64,000 nucleotides of DNA from Chitinophagaceae bacterium (GCA_018335935.1 JAGXRG010000069.1:67976-131975); one strand, 5' to 3'; counted from the first letter of the stretch, positions 36,241-46,813 are shown. A program made the numbers and translations. Notes: a model not told the origin generated them from the letters alone.

Positions 36241-37398
36241 TTATAGTTTAGTTGTTTTGAACTTTGCAGTGGCAAAATTTACTTCAATTTTATAATTACC
36301 AGCAGTTGTTGGACCAGGGAAATTATCTGGCAAGTTGTAGCCAAAAGTTCCTCCTGCTGCTAATCCTGCTAAGTTTTTGTTAGCAACTGAATATTTATTG
36401 CTCCAATCTCCATTTACTGGTAATAGTAAATATTCTTTAGAAGCGGTAATAGCTAATGAAGCTATCTCGAACTGACAAGAGTTTAATCTTGTAAATTGTT
36501 GAGATGGAACAGGTACTGGATTATTCCAACCACCTGGTGTAGCATCACCTACTATAAATAAATTAGATGGTAAATTAGGACCAGTAAATGGTACTACTGT
36601 ATATCTACCTCTTTGAAAATCCATAGTAATTAAATATTTACCTGTTGTACCTGGTGATTTAAAATTATCTCCTCCAGAAGTATAATATTGAAAATCTCCA
36701 GCGTCGGCAATACCAGGTAAGGTGTTATTTGGAATAGCGTATTTCTGGCTCCAATCTCCATTTACTGGTAAAATTAAATACTCGTTTCCAGAAGCTAAAT
36801 CAAATACTCCAACAAAAGTTGTTGCATCTAGTTTTGCAAATTCTTGTGTAGGTACTGGTACTGGATTGTTCCAGCCACCATTTGTTGCTCCACCAACAAT
36901 AAATAATTTACCACTTGCAGGTGGAGTTATTTTTGGAGGAATTAAATAAGGAGTTGCTTTAACTTTAATTGTATTAGATACTTTAAGATCGTTGTTATTA
37001 TTGTATGATGATGTTAAACGAACATCTATATCATAAGCCACGTTAAAGTCGAAACCAAATCCTAATAAAATAGTGTTTAACTCTTTACCTGTTAAATCTT
37101 TTTTTAATGCTCCAATGATGGTCATTTTTACAGATTTAGCAAAGTTTCTTCCGGTAGAATCAATTTCTAAAACATATTTATTATTGGCTTCGTTGGTGGC
37201 ATAACCTGGATTAGTCCAAGAGAAAGTTACTGCAACTAAATTAGAATCTGCTGGTGCAACTGCAATTACTGATTTAGAGCTACTCAAAGTAGGTGTGCTA
37301 CCAGTAGTATAGTTTGGTAATGCATTTTCTTTTGTACATGCCAACATGGTTGTGCTGACAATAGCAAAGAGTAATGCAATTTTTGATAAATATTTCAT
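36241..37398 (-). CDS. susF: SusF-like surface starch-binding lipoprotein (two C-terminal binding modules)
   Basis: 385 aa. Lipoprotein signal (...TMLAC). The module LFIVG(G/D)AT(N/P)GGWNNPVPVP ... LLPVNGDWS.KY occurs twice. Last gene of the PUL. Confidence 0.7.
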   Translation of the reverse strand: MKYLSKIALLFAIVSTTMLACTKENALPNYTTGSTPTLSSSKSVIAVAPADSNLVAVTFSWTNPGYATNEANNKYVLEIDSTGRNFAKSVKMTIIGALKKDLTGKELNTILLGFGFDFNVAYDIDVRLTSSYNNNNDLKVSNTIKVKATPYLIPPKITPPASGKLFIVGGATNGGWNNPVPVPTQEFAKLDATTFVGVFDLASGNEYLILPVNGDWSQKYAIPNNTLPGIADAGDFQYYTSGGDNFKSPGTTGKYLITMDFQRGRYTVVPFTGPNLPSNLFIVGDATPGGWNNPVPVPSQQFTRLNSCQFEIASLAITASKEYLLLPVNGDWSNKYSVANKNLAGLAAGGTFGYNLPDNFPGPTTAGNYKIEVNFATAKFKTTKL

Positions 37399-37426
37399 AA
37401 TGCTATTTATTATTGTTAATAGTTAT

Positions 37427-38236
37427 TTATTGTACAGTGAATTTCCCTGTTTTAAATTCAAGCGTTAGGGTGTAGGTTTTAGAAACAGCAGGTGCCAATA
37501 TATCGCCACCACCTGGTCTAAAATCATCACCATTTGGGTTATTGGAATTGTTACCACCCATACAACCATATTTAGCACCCCAATCTCCATTAACAGGCAA
37601 TAATAAATAAGATTGCCCACCATTAAGCGGAAGTGTTATAGTGAAGGTAGTTGAACCTACTTTAGTTAATTGCTGAGAAGGTACAGGCACCGGATTATTC
37701 CAACCTCCAGGTGTTGCACTTCCTACAATAAATAAATTAGCAGGTACCGGATAAACTACATCTAAATAACCAGTAACAGTTATATTCAAAATATTTGAAT
37801 AAACTACTAAGCTATTATTTCCTAAAAAAGCTTTTACTCTAACGTTTAATGGAGTAGCCACATTTTCTGGAATATTCATTTTTGCAACAAGAGTATTAAA
37901 CTCCTTTACTGTAAATGTTTTACTTAGATCTTTTGTAATTGCAATTTCTTGCAATGCTGCACTTGAAAAATTGCTACCAGATTTGTCAATTTGAATGGTA
38001 TAGTTTACGTCTTGTGAACTCAACCCTGTTGTAAAAGTATAGTTAGGATTGGTCCAGTTTAAAGTAAATGCAGGATTATCTTTTTCATTTATATTCAAAA
38101 CCATGGTTGTTTTAGTAGCGGTTAAAACAGGTGGTGTTGATGATTGAGAAAAGATTTGATTTTCTTCTTTCTTACAAGCTCCAAAGCCAATACTTACAAT
38201 TGCTGCAAGAAAAAGTAATTTAGTTAATTGTTTCAT
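37427..38236 (-). CDS. susE: SusE-like surface starch-binding lipoprotein (one binding module)
   Basis: 269 aa. Lipoprotein signal (...GFGAC). One copy of LFIVGSATPGGWNNPVPVPSQQ ... LLLPVNGDWGAKY. Confidence 0.7.
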   Translation of the reverse strand: MKQLTKLLFLAAIVSIGFGACKKEENQIFSQSSTPPVLTATKTTMVLNINEKDNPAFTLNWTNPNYTFTTGLSSQDVNYTIQIDKSGSNFSSAALQEIAITKDLSKTFTVKEFNTLVAKMNIPENVATPLNVRVKAFLGNNSLVVYSNILNITVTGYLDVVYPVPANLFIVGSATPGGWNNPVPVPSQQLTKVGSTTFTITLPLNGGQSYLLLPVNGDWGAKYGCMGGNNSNNPNGDDFRPGGGDILAPAVSKTYTLTLEFKTGKFTVQ

Positions 38237-38259
38237 ATCTTAAAATTTTTTGTTACTGA

Positions 38260-39846
38260 TTAATATCCAGTGTTTTGTTTTAAATTGGTATTACTAGCCA
38301 AATCAGAAGATGGAATTGGATAAATTTTTCTAAAGGCAGCAACACCTGTACCATCTTTAGCACCACCTTTCCAAGGCCATAAGTAAGCTGACTCAACAAA
38401 TCTATCGTAACGAATTAAATCTGTTCTTCTAAATCCTTCCCACATTAATTCTTTTGCTCTCTCTTGTAAAATAAAGTCAACTGTTAATTGAACTGGAGTG
38501 ATATTGCCAGAAGCATTACCATATGCTCGAGTACGTAATAAGTTAATATAGCTAGTTGCAGTTGCAATATCACCTGTAGTTCCACCACGAGCAACTCCTT
38601 CGGCATAAATTAAATACATTTCTGCAATTCTAAAAATTGGCATATCAATATCTACCCATGTTAAGCTGCTTCCATTGGCTCCAGCTTTAGTTTTATTTCT
38701 GTATTTAGTTACAGCAAAACCATCATTAAAACTGGTTAAGTCGTTAATTTCTTTGTTTTGTCCATTAGTGTAGAACATGGCTCTTTTATCTTGATTGGTA
38801 CCTAAGTCGCCATATAAATCAACAATAGCTTTTGTTGTTCTAATGCCATACCAACCGCCATCTACTCCATAATCAGCAGCATTCATTGAACCACCAATTG
38901 AAGCATGGGTTAAAAATGTTGTACCACCCCAGTTTTGTGTTTTTAAACCATCATAATTAATGGTTAAAATATTTTCACTAGTGTTGGTATGATTATCAGC
39001 CATCATTAATTGTGTGTAATTGCTAATAGGTGTATAACCAGCATCTATTACTTTTTTAGCGTATGTAATAGCTTCATTATTTTTTGCAGTACCTGTATAC
39101 ACTTTTGCATTTAAATACAATCTGGCTAATAAAGCCTGACAAGCTGCTTTATCTGCTCTACCATATTCATTGCTTTTAGCAGCCACCATTGGTGTTTCAA
39201 TGGCTTTTAATTCATTCTCAATGTAATTAAACAAATCGGCTCTGTTAATTTGTTTTGGAATTGTAACACCAACAACATCTGTTTCTGTAATGAACGGAGG
39301 ATTACCAAACAAATCCATTAACACCCAATATTGATAAGCTCTAATAAAACGAGCTTCTAAAGCATATTGTTTAATGTTTGCTGCATCTTGTCCTGTAATT
39401 CCACGCTCAGCAACTTTTGCATCGGTTGATTGGCGTAAAAATTCATTAGCAACACTTATTTGATATAAGCTTCTATAATACAAGCCTTGTAACATTGGGT
39501 TGGTTGGACCCCAATTCATTAAATGGAAATCTTGTATACCTGGATCGCCCCAAGCTACAACTGCTTCATCTGTGCTTAATTCTTGGGCTTTCCAGAACAA
39601 ACGAAAAAAGTCTGAAGTACCTGCATCAATTCCAGCAATATCGCCAGAACCTGGTCCATAATTACCTGTTAAGGCAAAAGCACCATAGACTTTACCTAAG
39701 TTTTGCTTATACCCTAAAGGTGTAGAGTAAGCAATGTCTGCAGTAACATCGTTAGTAGGTTGCAAGTCTAATTTCTTGGTACAAGAATTAAAACTGCTAG
39801 CTAAAACGAATGCTAAAACTGCGGTTTTTAAAATATATTTTTTCAT
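38260..39846 (-). CDS. susD: RagB/SusD family nutrient-binding outer membrane lipoprotein
   Basis: 528 aa. Lipoprotein signal (SSFNSC). SusD-like helical repeats. Sits directly downstream of susC. Confidence 0.85.
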   Translation of the reverse strand: MKKYILKTAVLAFVLASSFNSCTKKLDLQPTNDVTADIAYSTPLGYKQNLGKVYGAFALTGNYGPGSGDIAGIDAGTSDFFRLFWKAQELSTDEAVVAWGDPGIQDFHLMNWGPTNPMLQGLYYRSLYQISVANEFLRQSTDAKVAERGITGQDAANIKQYALEARFIRAYQYWVLMDLFGNPPFITETDVVGVTIPKQINRADLFNYIENELKAIETPMVAAKSNEYGRADKAACQALLARLYLNAKVYTGTAKNNEAITYAKKVIDAGYTPISNYTQLMMADNHTNTSENILTINYDGLKTQNWGGTTFLTHASIGGSMNAADYGVDGGWYGIRTTKAIVDLYGDLGTNQDKRAMFYTNGQNKEINDLTSFNDGFAVTKYRNKTKAGANGSSLTWVDIDMPIFRIAEMYLIYAEGVARGGTTGDIATATSYINLLRTRAYGNASGNITPVQLTVDFILQERAKELMWEGFRRTDLIRYDRFVESAYLWPWKGGAKDGTGVAAFRKIYPIPSSDLASNTNLKQNTGY

Positions 39847-39872
39847 ATTATTATTTTTATTTAATGTTTACA

Positions 39873-42851
39873 TTAAAAATCTAAACCAATACCGAATACA
39901 AATACTCTTGGACGTACATATAAATTATTATCTATACCGCCACTAATTTCTGGATCTAACCCTTTGTATTTAGTAATTACAAATACGTTTTGAACATTTG
40001 CAGTTAAACGTAAGTTAGCTTTGTTATTAAATACTTTTCCTACATTATATCCAATGTTAATATTATCCATTCTTAAGAAAGAAGCATTTTGTACCCAATA
40101 ATCACTTAAGTAATATTTTTCACCATTACCTGATAGATTAGATTCTAAAACCTCAGTTGACCCATTTCTTAAAATACCAATTGGGTTGATAATGTTTCTT
40201 AAAGTACCAGAACCACTTCTAACATTATTGTATAAATAATTACCAACATTAGCTCTCATTACAAAACCGCCACTCCATTTTTTGTAAGTGAAATTTGAAT
40301 TGATCCCCATGAATACAACAGGATCTACTTGCTTGTATTGATATAGGTCACTAGAATTAATTGTACCATCTCTATTTAAATCTTCGAATAAACCATCAAT
40401 TGGCTTGCCAGTTTTGTCGTCATAGATTTGTTTGTATGTATAAAACGCTCCACGAGGATGACCAACAGAATTAATTAAAATAGTTTGTCCAGTACCTCCA
40501 GAGAAACCACCAAAAGTATTACCTACATATGAAGGATCTTCAGAAAGAGTTAGGTTAGTAATTTCATTTTTATTGTAGTTAATGTTGAATCCTAAATCCC
40601 AAGTAAAGTCTTTTTTAGCAACCATTGCAAGGTTTAAAGTTAACTCTACCCCTCTATTTTTCATATTACCCACGTTAGCAATAATGATATTGGTAAAATT
40701 AGAACCAGCTGGTTGATTTGCTGCATTCAATAAATCTTTAGTTTTTCTTTCATAATACTCAATAGTACCAGTCACTCTGTTATTAAATAAGGCAAAATCA
40801 ATACCCGCATTTAACATTTCAGTTTGCTCCCAACGTAAAGCACTATTATATCCTGCAGGTGCATAAATGTTGTAAAATGTATTTCCAAATTGATATTGAC
40901 TTTGATTTGAACCTAAGTTATAAGTTGATTGGTATAAATAAAGAGGAATACCATCTTGTTGACCAGTAATACCATATCCAAAACGAAGTTTTAAATCGTT
41001 AATAGCTTTAGTGTTTTTAAAGAATTCGTCTTTAATTCTCCAACCTACAGCCACTGATGGGAAGGTACCCCAACGATTATCTTTTGAAAAACGAGAAGAG
41101 CCATCTCTTCTCATAGTAGCAGTTAATAAATATTTTCCTTTATATGAATATTGTAAACGGCTATAGAAACCAATCAATCTATTTTCTGGAATATCAAATG
41201 GGAATACTGGTGTATTTACTTTTGTTCCATTAAACGTGTTATCAGAAAAACTGAAGTTGGTTGTTTTAAATGCTTGATATGAATAACCAGCAGTTAAATC
41301 AAAATCTCCGAATGATGTACTTCTAGCATAATTTAAGTAAAAGTCCATTAAAGTATTTTGCTTAGTCTGACGATATTGATTGTTTACCCCACCATGAAAT
41401 TTACTATTGGCATCTTGAAATCTTTTATAACTAGATGCTGCACTATCATTAATTACTACAGTACCTGCTCCTTTAGAAATATCATAACCCAAGTTTAATA
41501 CGGCTCTTAATTGAGGTAAGAAATGAAATTTATAATCGAACTGTACATTACCAATACTTCTTTCAACATGACTTCTATCATCTCTTTGATTTAATAAACC
41601 CACAGGATTAATTGGAGCTAAAGATTTTAAACCAGTAGTTGATTGAGGATCTAACCACTCCCAATATCCACCAAAACGATTATTACCACTTAATACAGGT
41701 TTTGTTGGATCAAAACCTACAGCAGCACCTATTGCACCTTCATTGGCAAATTGATTTTCAGTAACTGCTCCTTTAATATTAAAATCAACTTTTAAATGAT
41801 TATTGAAAAATTTAGGACTAATTACAATTGCTGCAGAAGTTCTTTTTAAACTACCACCTCTTAAAATTCCTTGTTGATTTAAGTAGCCTAAACTAGCTCT
41901 GAATGGTGTTTTACCAAAAATTGAACCACTCATACTTATGTTATTATCAGAACCAATAGCTGTTCTGTAAATTTCATCTTGCCAATCTGTATTTGCTGTA
42001 CCTAATAATGCTTTATCACTTGGTTTGCCATTTGCATTTACAAAAGCTTTAAATTGATCTGCAGATAATACATCAATTTTTCCTGAAGGTGTGTAAACAC
42101 TGGTCATTGAAGAAAAACTAAATTTAGCTTTTCCACCTACACCTCTTTTTGTTGTAATAATAATTACACCATTAGAAGCTCTTGAACCATAAATTGCAGC
42201 TGCAGAAGCATCTTTTAACACGTTGAAACTTTCAATATCTGCAGGATTGATTAAACTTAATGCATTTGCAGAGCCTGAAATACCATTTGGGTCAACAGGT
42301 ACTCCATCAATTACAATTAAAGGATCGTTACTTGCATTTAAAGAAGCACCACCTCTAATTCTGATTACTGAACCACTACCAGGAGCCCCACCATTTGGTG
42401 TAATAGAAACCCCTGCTACTTTACCAGAAATTAGTTGTTCTGGTGTAGTTAACTGGCCTTTAACAAAATCTTTTGCTGAAACTGTAGCAACAGATCCGGT
42501 TAAATCTTTCTTTTTTGCAGTACCATATCCAATTACAACCACCTCATCTAAACTTTCAGTAGAAGGTTGTAAAGAAAAATTCATTTGTCCATTTGCAGGA
42601 ACTTTCATTTGTCCAGAATTAAATCCTACAGAAATAACTTCGATTGTAGCATTTGCAGGAACTTTTACTGAGAAAGTTCCATCGCTATTGGTTGAACCAA
42701 TTGATTTTCCTCCCACAACTTTTATTGTTGCTCCAGCAATTGGTGCACCAGCAGCATTAGTTACCTTACCGGTAACCATTTTGTCTTGTGCATTTGCTTG
42801 TAGCACAAACAAAGGCATCAAAATGACGATTAGCAGTCGTTTAAGATTCAT
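39873..42851 (-). CDS. susC: SusC/RagA family TonB-dependent outer membrane transporter
   Basis: 992 aa. N-terminal carboxypeptidase-regulatory-like domain (VTGKVTNAAGAPIAGATIKV), TonB box DEVVVIGYG, plug, and a barrel ending ...FVFGIGLDF. Confidence 0.9.
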   Translation of the reverse strand: MNLKRLLIVILMPLFVLQANAQDKMVTGKVTNAAGAPIAGATIKVVGGKSIGSTNSDGTFSVKVPANATIEVISVGFNSGQMKVPANGQMNFSLQPSTESLDEVVVIGYGTAKKKDLTGSVATVSAKDFVKGQLTTPEQLISGKVAGVSITPNGGAPGSGSVIRIRGGASLNASNDPLIVIDGVPVDPNGISGSANALSLINPADIESFNVLKDASAAAIYGSRASNGVIIITTKRGVGGKAKFSFSSMTSVYTPSGKIDVLSADQFKAFVNANGKPSDKALLGTANTDWQDEIYRTAIGSDNNISMSGSIFGKTPFRASLGYLNQQGILRGGSLKRTSAAIVISPKFFNNHLKVDFNIKGAVTENQFANEGAIGAAVGFDPTKPVLSGNNRFGGYWEWLDPQSTTGLKSLAPINPVGLLNQRDDRSHVERSIGNVQFDYKFHFLPQLRAVLNLGYDISKGAGTVVINDSAASSYKRFQDANSKFHGGVNNQYRQTKQNTLMDFYLNYARSTSFGDFDLTAGYSYQAFKTTNFSFSDNTFNGTKVNTPVFPFDIPENRLIGFYSRLQYSYKGKYLLTATMRRDGSSRFSKDNRWGTFPSVAVGWRIKDEFFKNTKAINDLKLRFGYGITGQQDGIPLYLYQSTYNLGSNQSQYQFGNTFYNIYAPAGYNSALRWEQTEMLNAGIDFALFNNRVTGTIEYYERKTKDLLNAANQPAGSNFTNIIIANVGNMKNRGVELTLNLAMVAKKDFTWDLGFNINYNKNEITNLTLSEDPSYVGNTFGGFSGGTGQTILINSVGHPRGAFYTYKQIYDDKTGKPIDGLFEDLNRDGTINSSDLYQYKQVDPVVFMGINSNFTYKKWSGGFVMRANVGNYLYNNVRSGSGTLRNIINPIGILRNGSTEVLESNLSGNGEKYYLSDYWVQNASFLRMDNINIGYNVGKVFNNKANLRLTANVQNVFVITKYKGLDPEISGGIDNNLYVRPRVFVFGIGLDF

Positions 42852-42964
42852 AGTTTTGTTTATTTATTGTTAGTTAATATCTCCACAGTTGATTAAAAAA
42901 AATTAACGTTCATTAGTTTAAATTCTCTATTTATAAAGACAAACAACTTGTAATGATAGTTGCA

Positions 42965-45859
42965 CTAATTTGCAATAATCACTTTAGCAGTTTGTTTAAA
43001 CCCATTTACTTCTACTTGAATTAAATACAGCCCATTTAACGGAATTCTTGCATTAATATTGGATGTATTGAATTGAAATTGTTGTTTACCTCTTGATTTA
43101 AATCCTGAAAAAAGATTGGCCATTACTTTTCCATTAATATCTACCATACTTAACTTAACCATTCCACTTACAGGTAAATCATAATTAATAGTTGCTGAAG
43201 CTCTAATTGGATTTGGTCCAACAGTTAATTGTAAGTCTGTAACACGTATAGGCGTTATTGGTGTTGGAACTGGACCAGCATTTAAAATAACAGCATTTGC
43301 ATTTTTATCTGTGTATACAAAATAATCTCCAGGAGCTAAAAACATACCATGAGCTGTATTGGTAACATTGATGGTAGTATTATTTAAATAATCGTACCAT
43401 GTACCTGTATTTGGAAAAGTTACAGAAGTTCCAGTTGCAGAAACTCCAAAATTTCCAACAATCACTACTTTCAAATTAGCATCACCAAAATGTAATTGTT
43501 TAATTGATGGAGATAATGAAGCCGTAACTGAGTTTACTGTAAATGCAGATGAGTATGTTGGAAAATTTCTTAAAGCATTTAGTTTTGAATATACATCAAA
43601 TATTTTTTTTCTATTTACATTTTGATAATAATCCCATTTAATTGGTTTATCATCTAGTCTACAGTTATTATTAATTGTTCCATTGGTACAATAATTTATT
43701 GAATAATCATAACCTAATTCACCGAATTGCCAAATCATTTTTGGCCCTGGCATTCCACTTACAAATGCAGCTACCATTTCTTGACGTCTAAGTGCAGTAT
43801 TGGTATCTTTAATATTATAGCCTCCATTAACATTACCAAAGGAAATATTTTTATAATTTAATCTTTCTTCATCATGACTTTCGGCATATCCTATTAAATG
43901 AGCATTATTCCAACTTCTTGAAGTACTTAATGAGTTTCCGAAATCACTGTCTGTACTATAGCCCATGCTAGCTTGGTTGAAACTATGATTGGCATTACCC
44001 CAAAGCAACATACCATAATTTGAAAGTTCTGTTTCTTCTGAATTGGTTGCAAAATGTTCTAATATACAATAAGAGTTTGGAGAGATGGCTTGCATTTTGT
44101 CGTAAATTCTTTTCCAAATAGCAACTCTACTTCCATCATAATTGCTCCATAAACCTACATCAGAACCACTATTGGTTTGAGTAAATCCTTTAGACAAGTC
44201 CCATCTAAATCCATCAATTTTATACTTGGTTAACCAATGTGTAACAACCCGATCTACAAAATCTTTTGTTGCTTGACTTTCGTGATTAAAATCGTAACCT
44301 ACATTAAAAGGATGTTTTGCATCTGGATTAAACCAAGGGCTATTGGTTGCTGGCTTTCCTGCAGCAGCATCCCAATACATTTGTACCATTGGTGAACTTC
44401 CGAAAGCATGATTCAATACCATATCTAAAACCACTGCAATTCCATTTTTATGACATTCATCAATAAACTGTTTTAAAGAATTCTCTGTGCCATAATATTT
44501 ATCTGGTGCAAAAAAGTAAGCAGGGTTATAGCCCCAACTTTTATTGCCTTCGAATTCTGTTACTGGCATTAATTCAATTGTATTAACACCCAGTTTTTTC
44601 AAATAGTTTAACGAATCTTTTAATGTATTAAAATCATGATTCACTAAGAAATCTCTTAATAACATTTCATAAATAACCAGATTCTTTTTATTAGGTCGGT
44701 TTAAAGTATATTGCCAATTGAATGGGGTTTGATTGGTTTGTAAAACACTTACAATACCTGTTGTTTTATTAACTGGATAGGGTTTTAAATTAGGATAGGT
44801 TGTTGGAAGAATATATTGATCGTTCCAAGGATCTAAAACTTTTTCGCAATTATAATCTGCAACTTTTAAGCTTCCATCAATTACATATTGATAAGCATAT
44901 TCTACACCAGCAGTAAGGCCTGTTAACTTTAACCAGAAATATTTACCATCAGCAGTTCTGTTCATTTGATAGTTTGATAATTCTGTCCAATTATTAAAAT
45001 CTCCAATAACTGTAATATTTGTTTTGTTAGGTGCATATAATACTAATGTTGCAACAGTTGGGTCAGTTTCATAATTAATTCCTTCTACCACTCCAGGAGG
45101 TAAAGGAGCAATTGTAACAGGACTAGCCACATAAAACTTTACAGTATCGTAAACTGTTGAAACGCCATTGTTAGCTTCTGCAATTATAGTTTGAGAGCCA
45201 GCAACAGTAATTTGTGGATTTGCAGAAATAGTAGTAACTGCTGCACTATTTGCAACTATGTTTCCATTAAAATATAATTTCATTGTAGAGGCTGCACTAG
45301 CTTTAGCAGTTATGGCTACATTATCATTTACATTTTTTGTTATAGTTTCTGTTCCTAAAATATAAGTTGGTTTTCTAAAAGGATTGTCAATTCTAGTATA
45401 TAAATCATTTTCATAAACAGGCACATACATGTCTCCACCATCTGAATTTCTTAAAACTTGTGAGCCTGTTCCATTTCTAAACAAAATGGCAATTCGCAAT
45501 ATTTTTTCAGTAGGATTAGTAATATTAAAGAATGTTCTTAATCCTCCTGTAATAGTGAACTTCCATTTATTATTTCCAAGATAAGTTGCATTTGCAGCAG
45601 CATTAGTAGTACCCCAAGTAAAAGGAGCACCACGCCAATCTGAACTAGAAGTACTAGAAGTTGTAATTACACCAATATGCACATATATACCTGTAGTTGG
45701 CGTAAAATCTTTAATTCCCATATTGCCTAAAGTAGCATCACATGTAATTTCTACAGGTGTTGAAGTTTCTTTAATAAAGTCTGGTGCCCAGCTTAAAAGT
45801 TGTGCATTAGAAACAAACGTTAGTAAGCAACTGAAAGTTAAAAGTGTAAAAAATCTCAT
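42965..45859 (-). CDS. GH13 alpha-amylase family glycoside hydrolase with T9SS C-terminal sorting domain
   Basis: 964 aa. GH13 regions VVLDMVLNH, DGFRWDLSKGF, CILEHF and YAESHDEER. C-terminal ~80 aa (...LYLIQVEVNGFKQTAKVIIAN) look like a Por/T9SS CTD. Confidence 0.85.
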   Translation of the reverse strand: MRFFTLLTFSCLLTFVSNAQLLSWAPDFIKETSTPVEITCDATLGNMGIKDFTPTTGIYVHIGVITTSSTSSSDWRGAPFTWGTTNAAANATYLGNNKWKFTITGGLRTFFNITNPTEKILRIAILFRNGTGSQVLRNSDGGDMYVPVYENDLYTRIDNPFRKPTYILGTETITKNVNDNVAITAKASAASTMKLYFNGNIVANSAAVTTISANPQITVAGSQTIIAEANNGVSTVYDTVKFYVASPVTIAPLPPGVVEGINYETDPTVATLVLYAPNKTNITVIGDFNNWTELSNYQMNRTADGKYFWLKLTGLTAGVEYAYQYVIDGSLKVADYNCEKVLDPWNDQYILPTTYPNLKPYPVNKTTGIVSVLQTNQTPFNWQYTLNRPNKKNLVIYEMLLRDFLVNHDFNTLKDSLNYLKKLGVNTIELMPVTEFEGNKSWGYNPAYFFAPDKYYGTENSLKQFIDECHKNGIAVVLDMVLNHAFGSSPMVQMYWDAAAGKPATNSPWFNPDAKHPFNVGYDFNHESQATKDFVDRVVTHWLTKYKIDGFRWDLSKGFTQTNSGSDVGLWSNYDGSRVAIWKRIYDKMQAISPNSYCILEHFATNSEETELSNYGMLLWGNANHSFNQASMGYSTDSDFGNSLSTSRSWNNAHLIGYAESHDEERLNYKNISFGNVNGGYNIKDTNTALRRQEMVAAFVSGMPGPKMIWQFGELGYDYSINYCTNGTINNNCRLDDKPIKWDYYQNVNRKKIFDVYSKLNALRNFPTYSSAFTVNSVTASLSPSIKQLHFGDANLKVVIVGNFGVSATGTSVTFPNTGTWYDYLNNTTINVTNTAHGMFLAPGDYFVYTDKNANAVILNAGPVPTPITPIRVTDLQLTVGPNPIRASATINYDLPVSGMVKLSMVDINGKVMANLFSGFKSRGKQQFQFNTSNINARIPLNGLYLIQVEVNGFKQTAKVIIAN

Positions 45860-45908
45860 ATGAATTAAATCAAAAAATACATCACGTTAAAATGGAAAAT
45901 ACCTTAAT

Positions 45909-45923
45909 TGTGTACTTTACACA
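45909..45923. promoter_or_regulatory. palindrome TGTGTA-ctt-TACACA upstream of the GH13 gene (candidate operator)
   Basis: Perfect 6+6 dyad, 50-65 nt upstream of the amylase ATG, in the spacer downstream of the NrtR-like gene. Confidence 0.3.
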
Positions 45924-46023
45924 CATTGTGTCTACAAATATCATTAATTAATACAAACAAAAAAAACTTTTTTTAGGGGATTTTTAAAATTTGAAAAAGG
46001 AAGAAAATGACAGTTAAGTTTTG

Positions 46024-46725
46024 CTAGAAGTCAATACCAATAAACTTTCTACGGCTTTTATTGTATTTTTCGAAGTTGAATCGATAAAGTTTACCTGGTC
46101 GATGAGGTACATCTTCCTCCATTTCATTGAGGTCAATTAAGAGGTCCATATTGGCAAATTTTTTTCTAAAATTTCTTCTATCTAACTCAACACCTAGTAT
46201 GGCTTCGTATAAATTCTGCAGTTCTCTTAATGAGAATTTATCTGGCAAAAGATTAAAACCCACTGGATTTTCTTGAACCATTTTCTGTAACCATTTATGA
46301 CAGGTTTGCAAAATTTCTAAGTGGTCAAAAGCCATTTCTGAAATAGAAGAAACACTATGCCAGTGCAATTCATTATCGGTTATTTGTAAACTATGGTGTT
46401 GTACATTTAGCAAAGAGCAATAAGCAACAGTAATGACTCTGCCCCCTGGATGTCGTTTAGGATGACTAAAAGTTTTTACTTGATCTAAATACACATCACT
46501 CATACCAGTTCTTTGTTCTAAAACTCTGTATGCTGCAGCATCTATTTCTTCTGATTCATTCACCACATCACCTAATAAACTCCAAAGACCTTGATATTTT
46601 TTTAAATCGCTTCTAATGAGTAAAACCTTAAGCTCTTTATCATCAAAACCAAAAATTACACAGTCAACCGTGATGGGCATTTTTGGATAACTGTTTACTA
46701 ATTCAACCCCATTTTTTAATGACAT
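46024..46725 (-). CDS. NrtR-like transcriptional regulator (degenerate Nudix domain plus C-terminal winged helix)
   Basis: 233 aa. Nudix fold with the box reading G...RVLEQRTGM (REUxEE glutamates replaced). The C-terminal LRELQNLYEAILG...DRRNFRKK is wHTH-like. Confidence 0.7.
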   Translation of the reverse strand: MSLKNGVELVNSYPKMPITVDCVIFGFDDKELKVLLIRSDLKKYQGLWSLLGDVVNESEEIDAAAYRVLEQRTGMSDVYLDQVKTFSHPKRHPGGRVITVAYCSLLNVQHHSLQITDNELHWHSVSSISEMAFDHLEILQTCHKWLQKMVQENPVGFNLLPDKFSLRELQNLYEAILGVELDRRNFRKKFANMDLLIDLNEMEEDVPHRPGKLYRFNFEKYNKSRRKFIGIDF

Positions 46726-46813
46726 AACAGTTGTATTGTAAGTGTTTTGGTAAAATAATTTATGAAAGATAAAGGTTTAGTGATTCAATTTAAAGAATAC
46801 GGAAGCTTACTTT

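Noticed and set aside
42223-42873. 216-aa plus-strand ORF antisense to susC. Similar shadow ORFs occur at 35709..36119, 34824..35183, 27389..27697, 27860..28186, 16772..17083, 2611..2874, 12636..12830, 12842..13030, 14605..14904, 17306..17530, 18573..19060, 24183..24772, 31817..32053, 36722..36949, 39495..39946, 52204..52437, 54126..54592, 55642..55905, 57147..57437 and 62436..62675.
   Set aside because: All lie wholly inside, or antisense to or out of frame with, strongly supported genes. Their composition is low-complexity and not protein-like.
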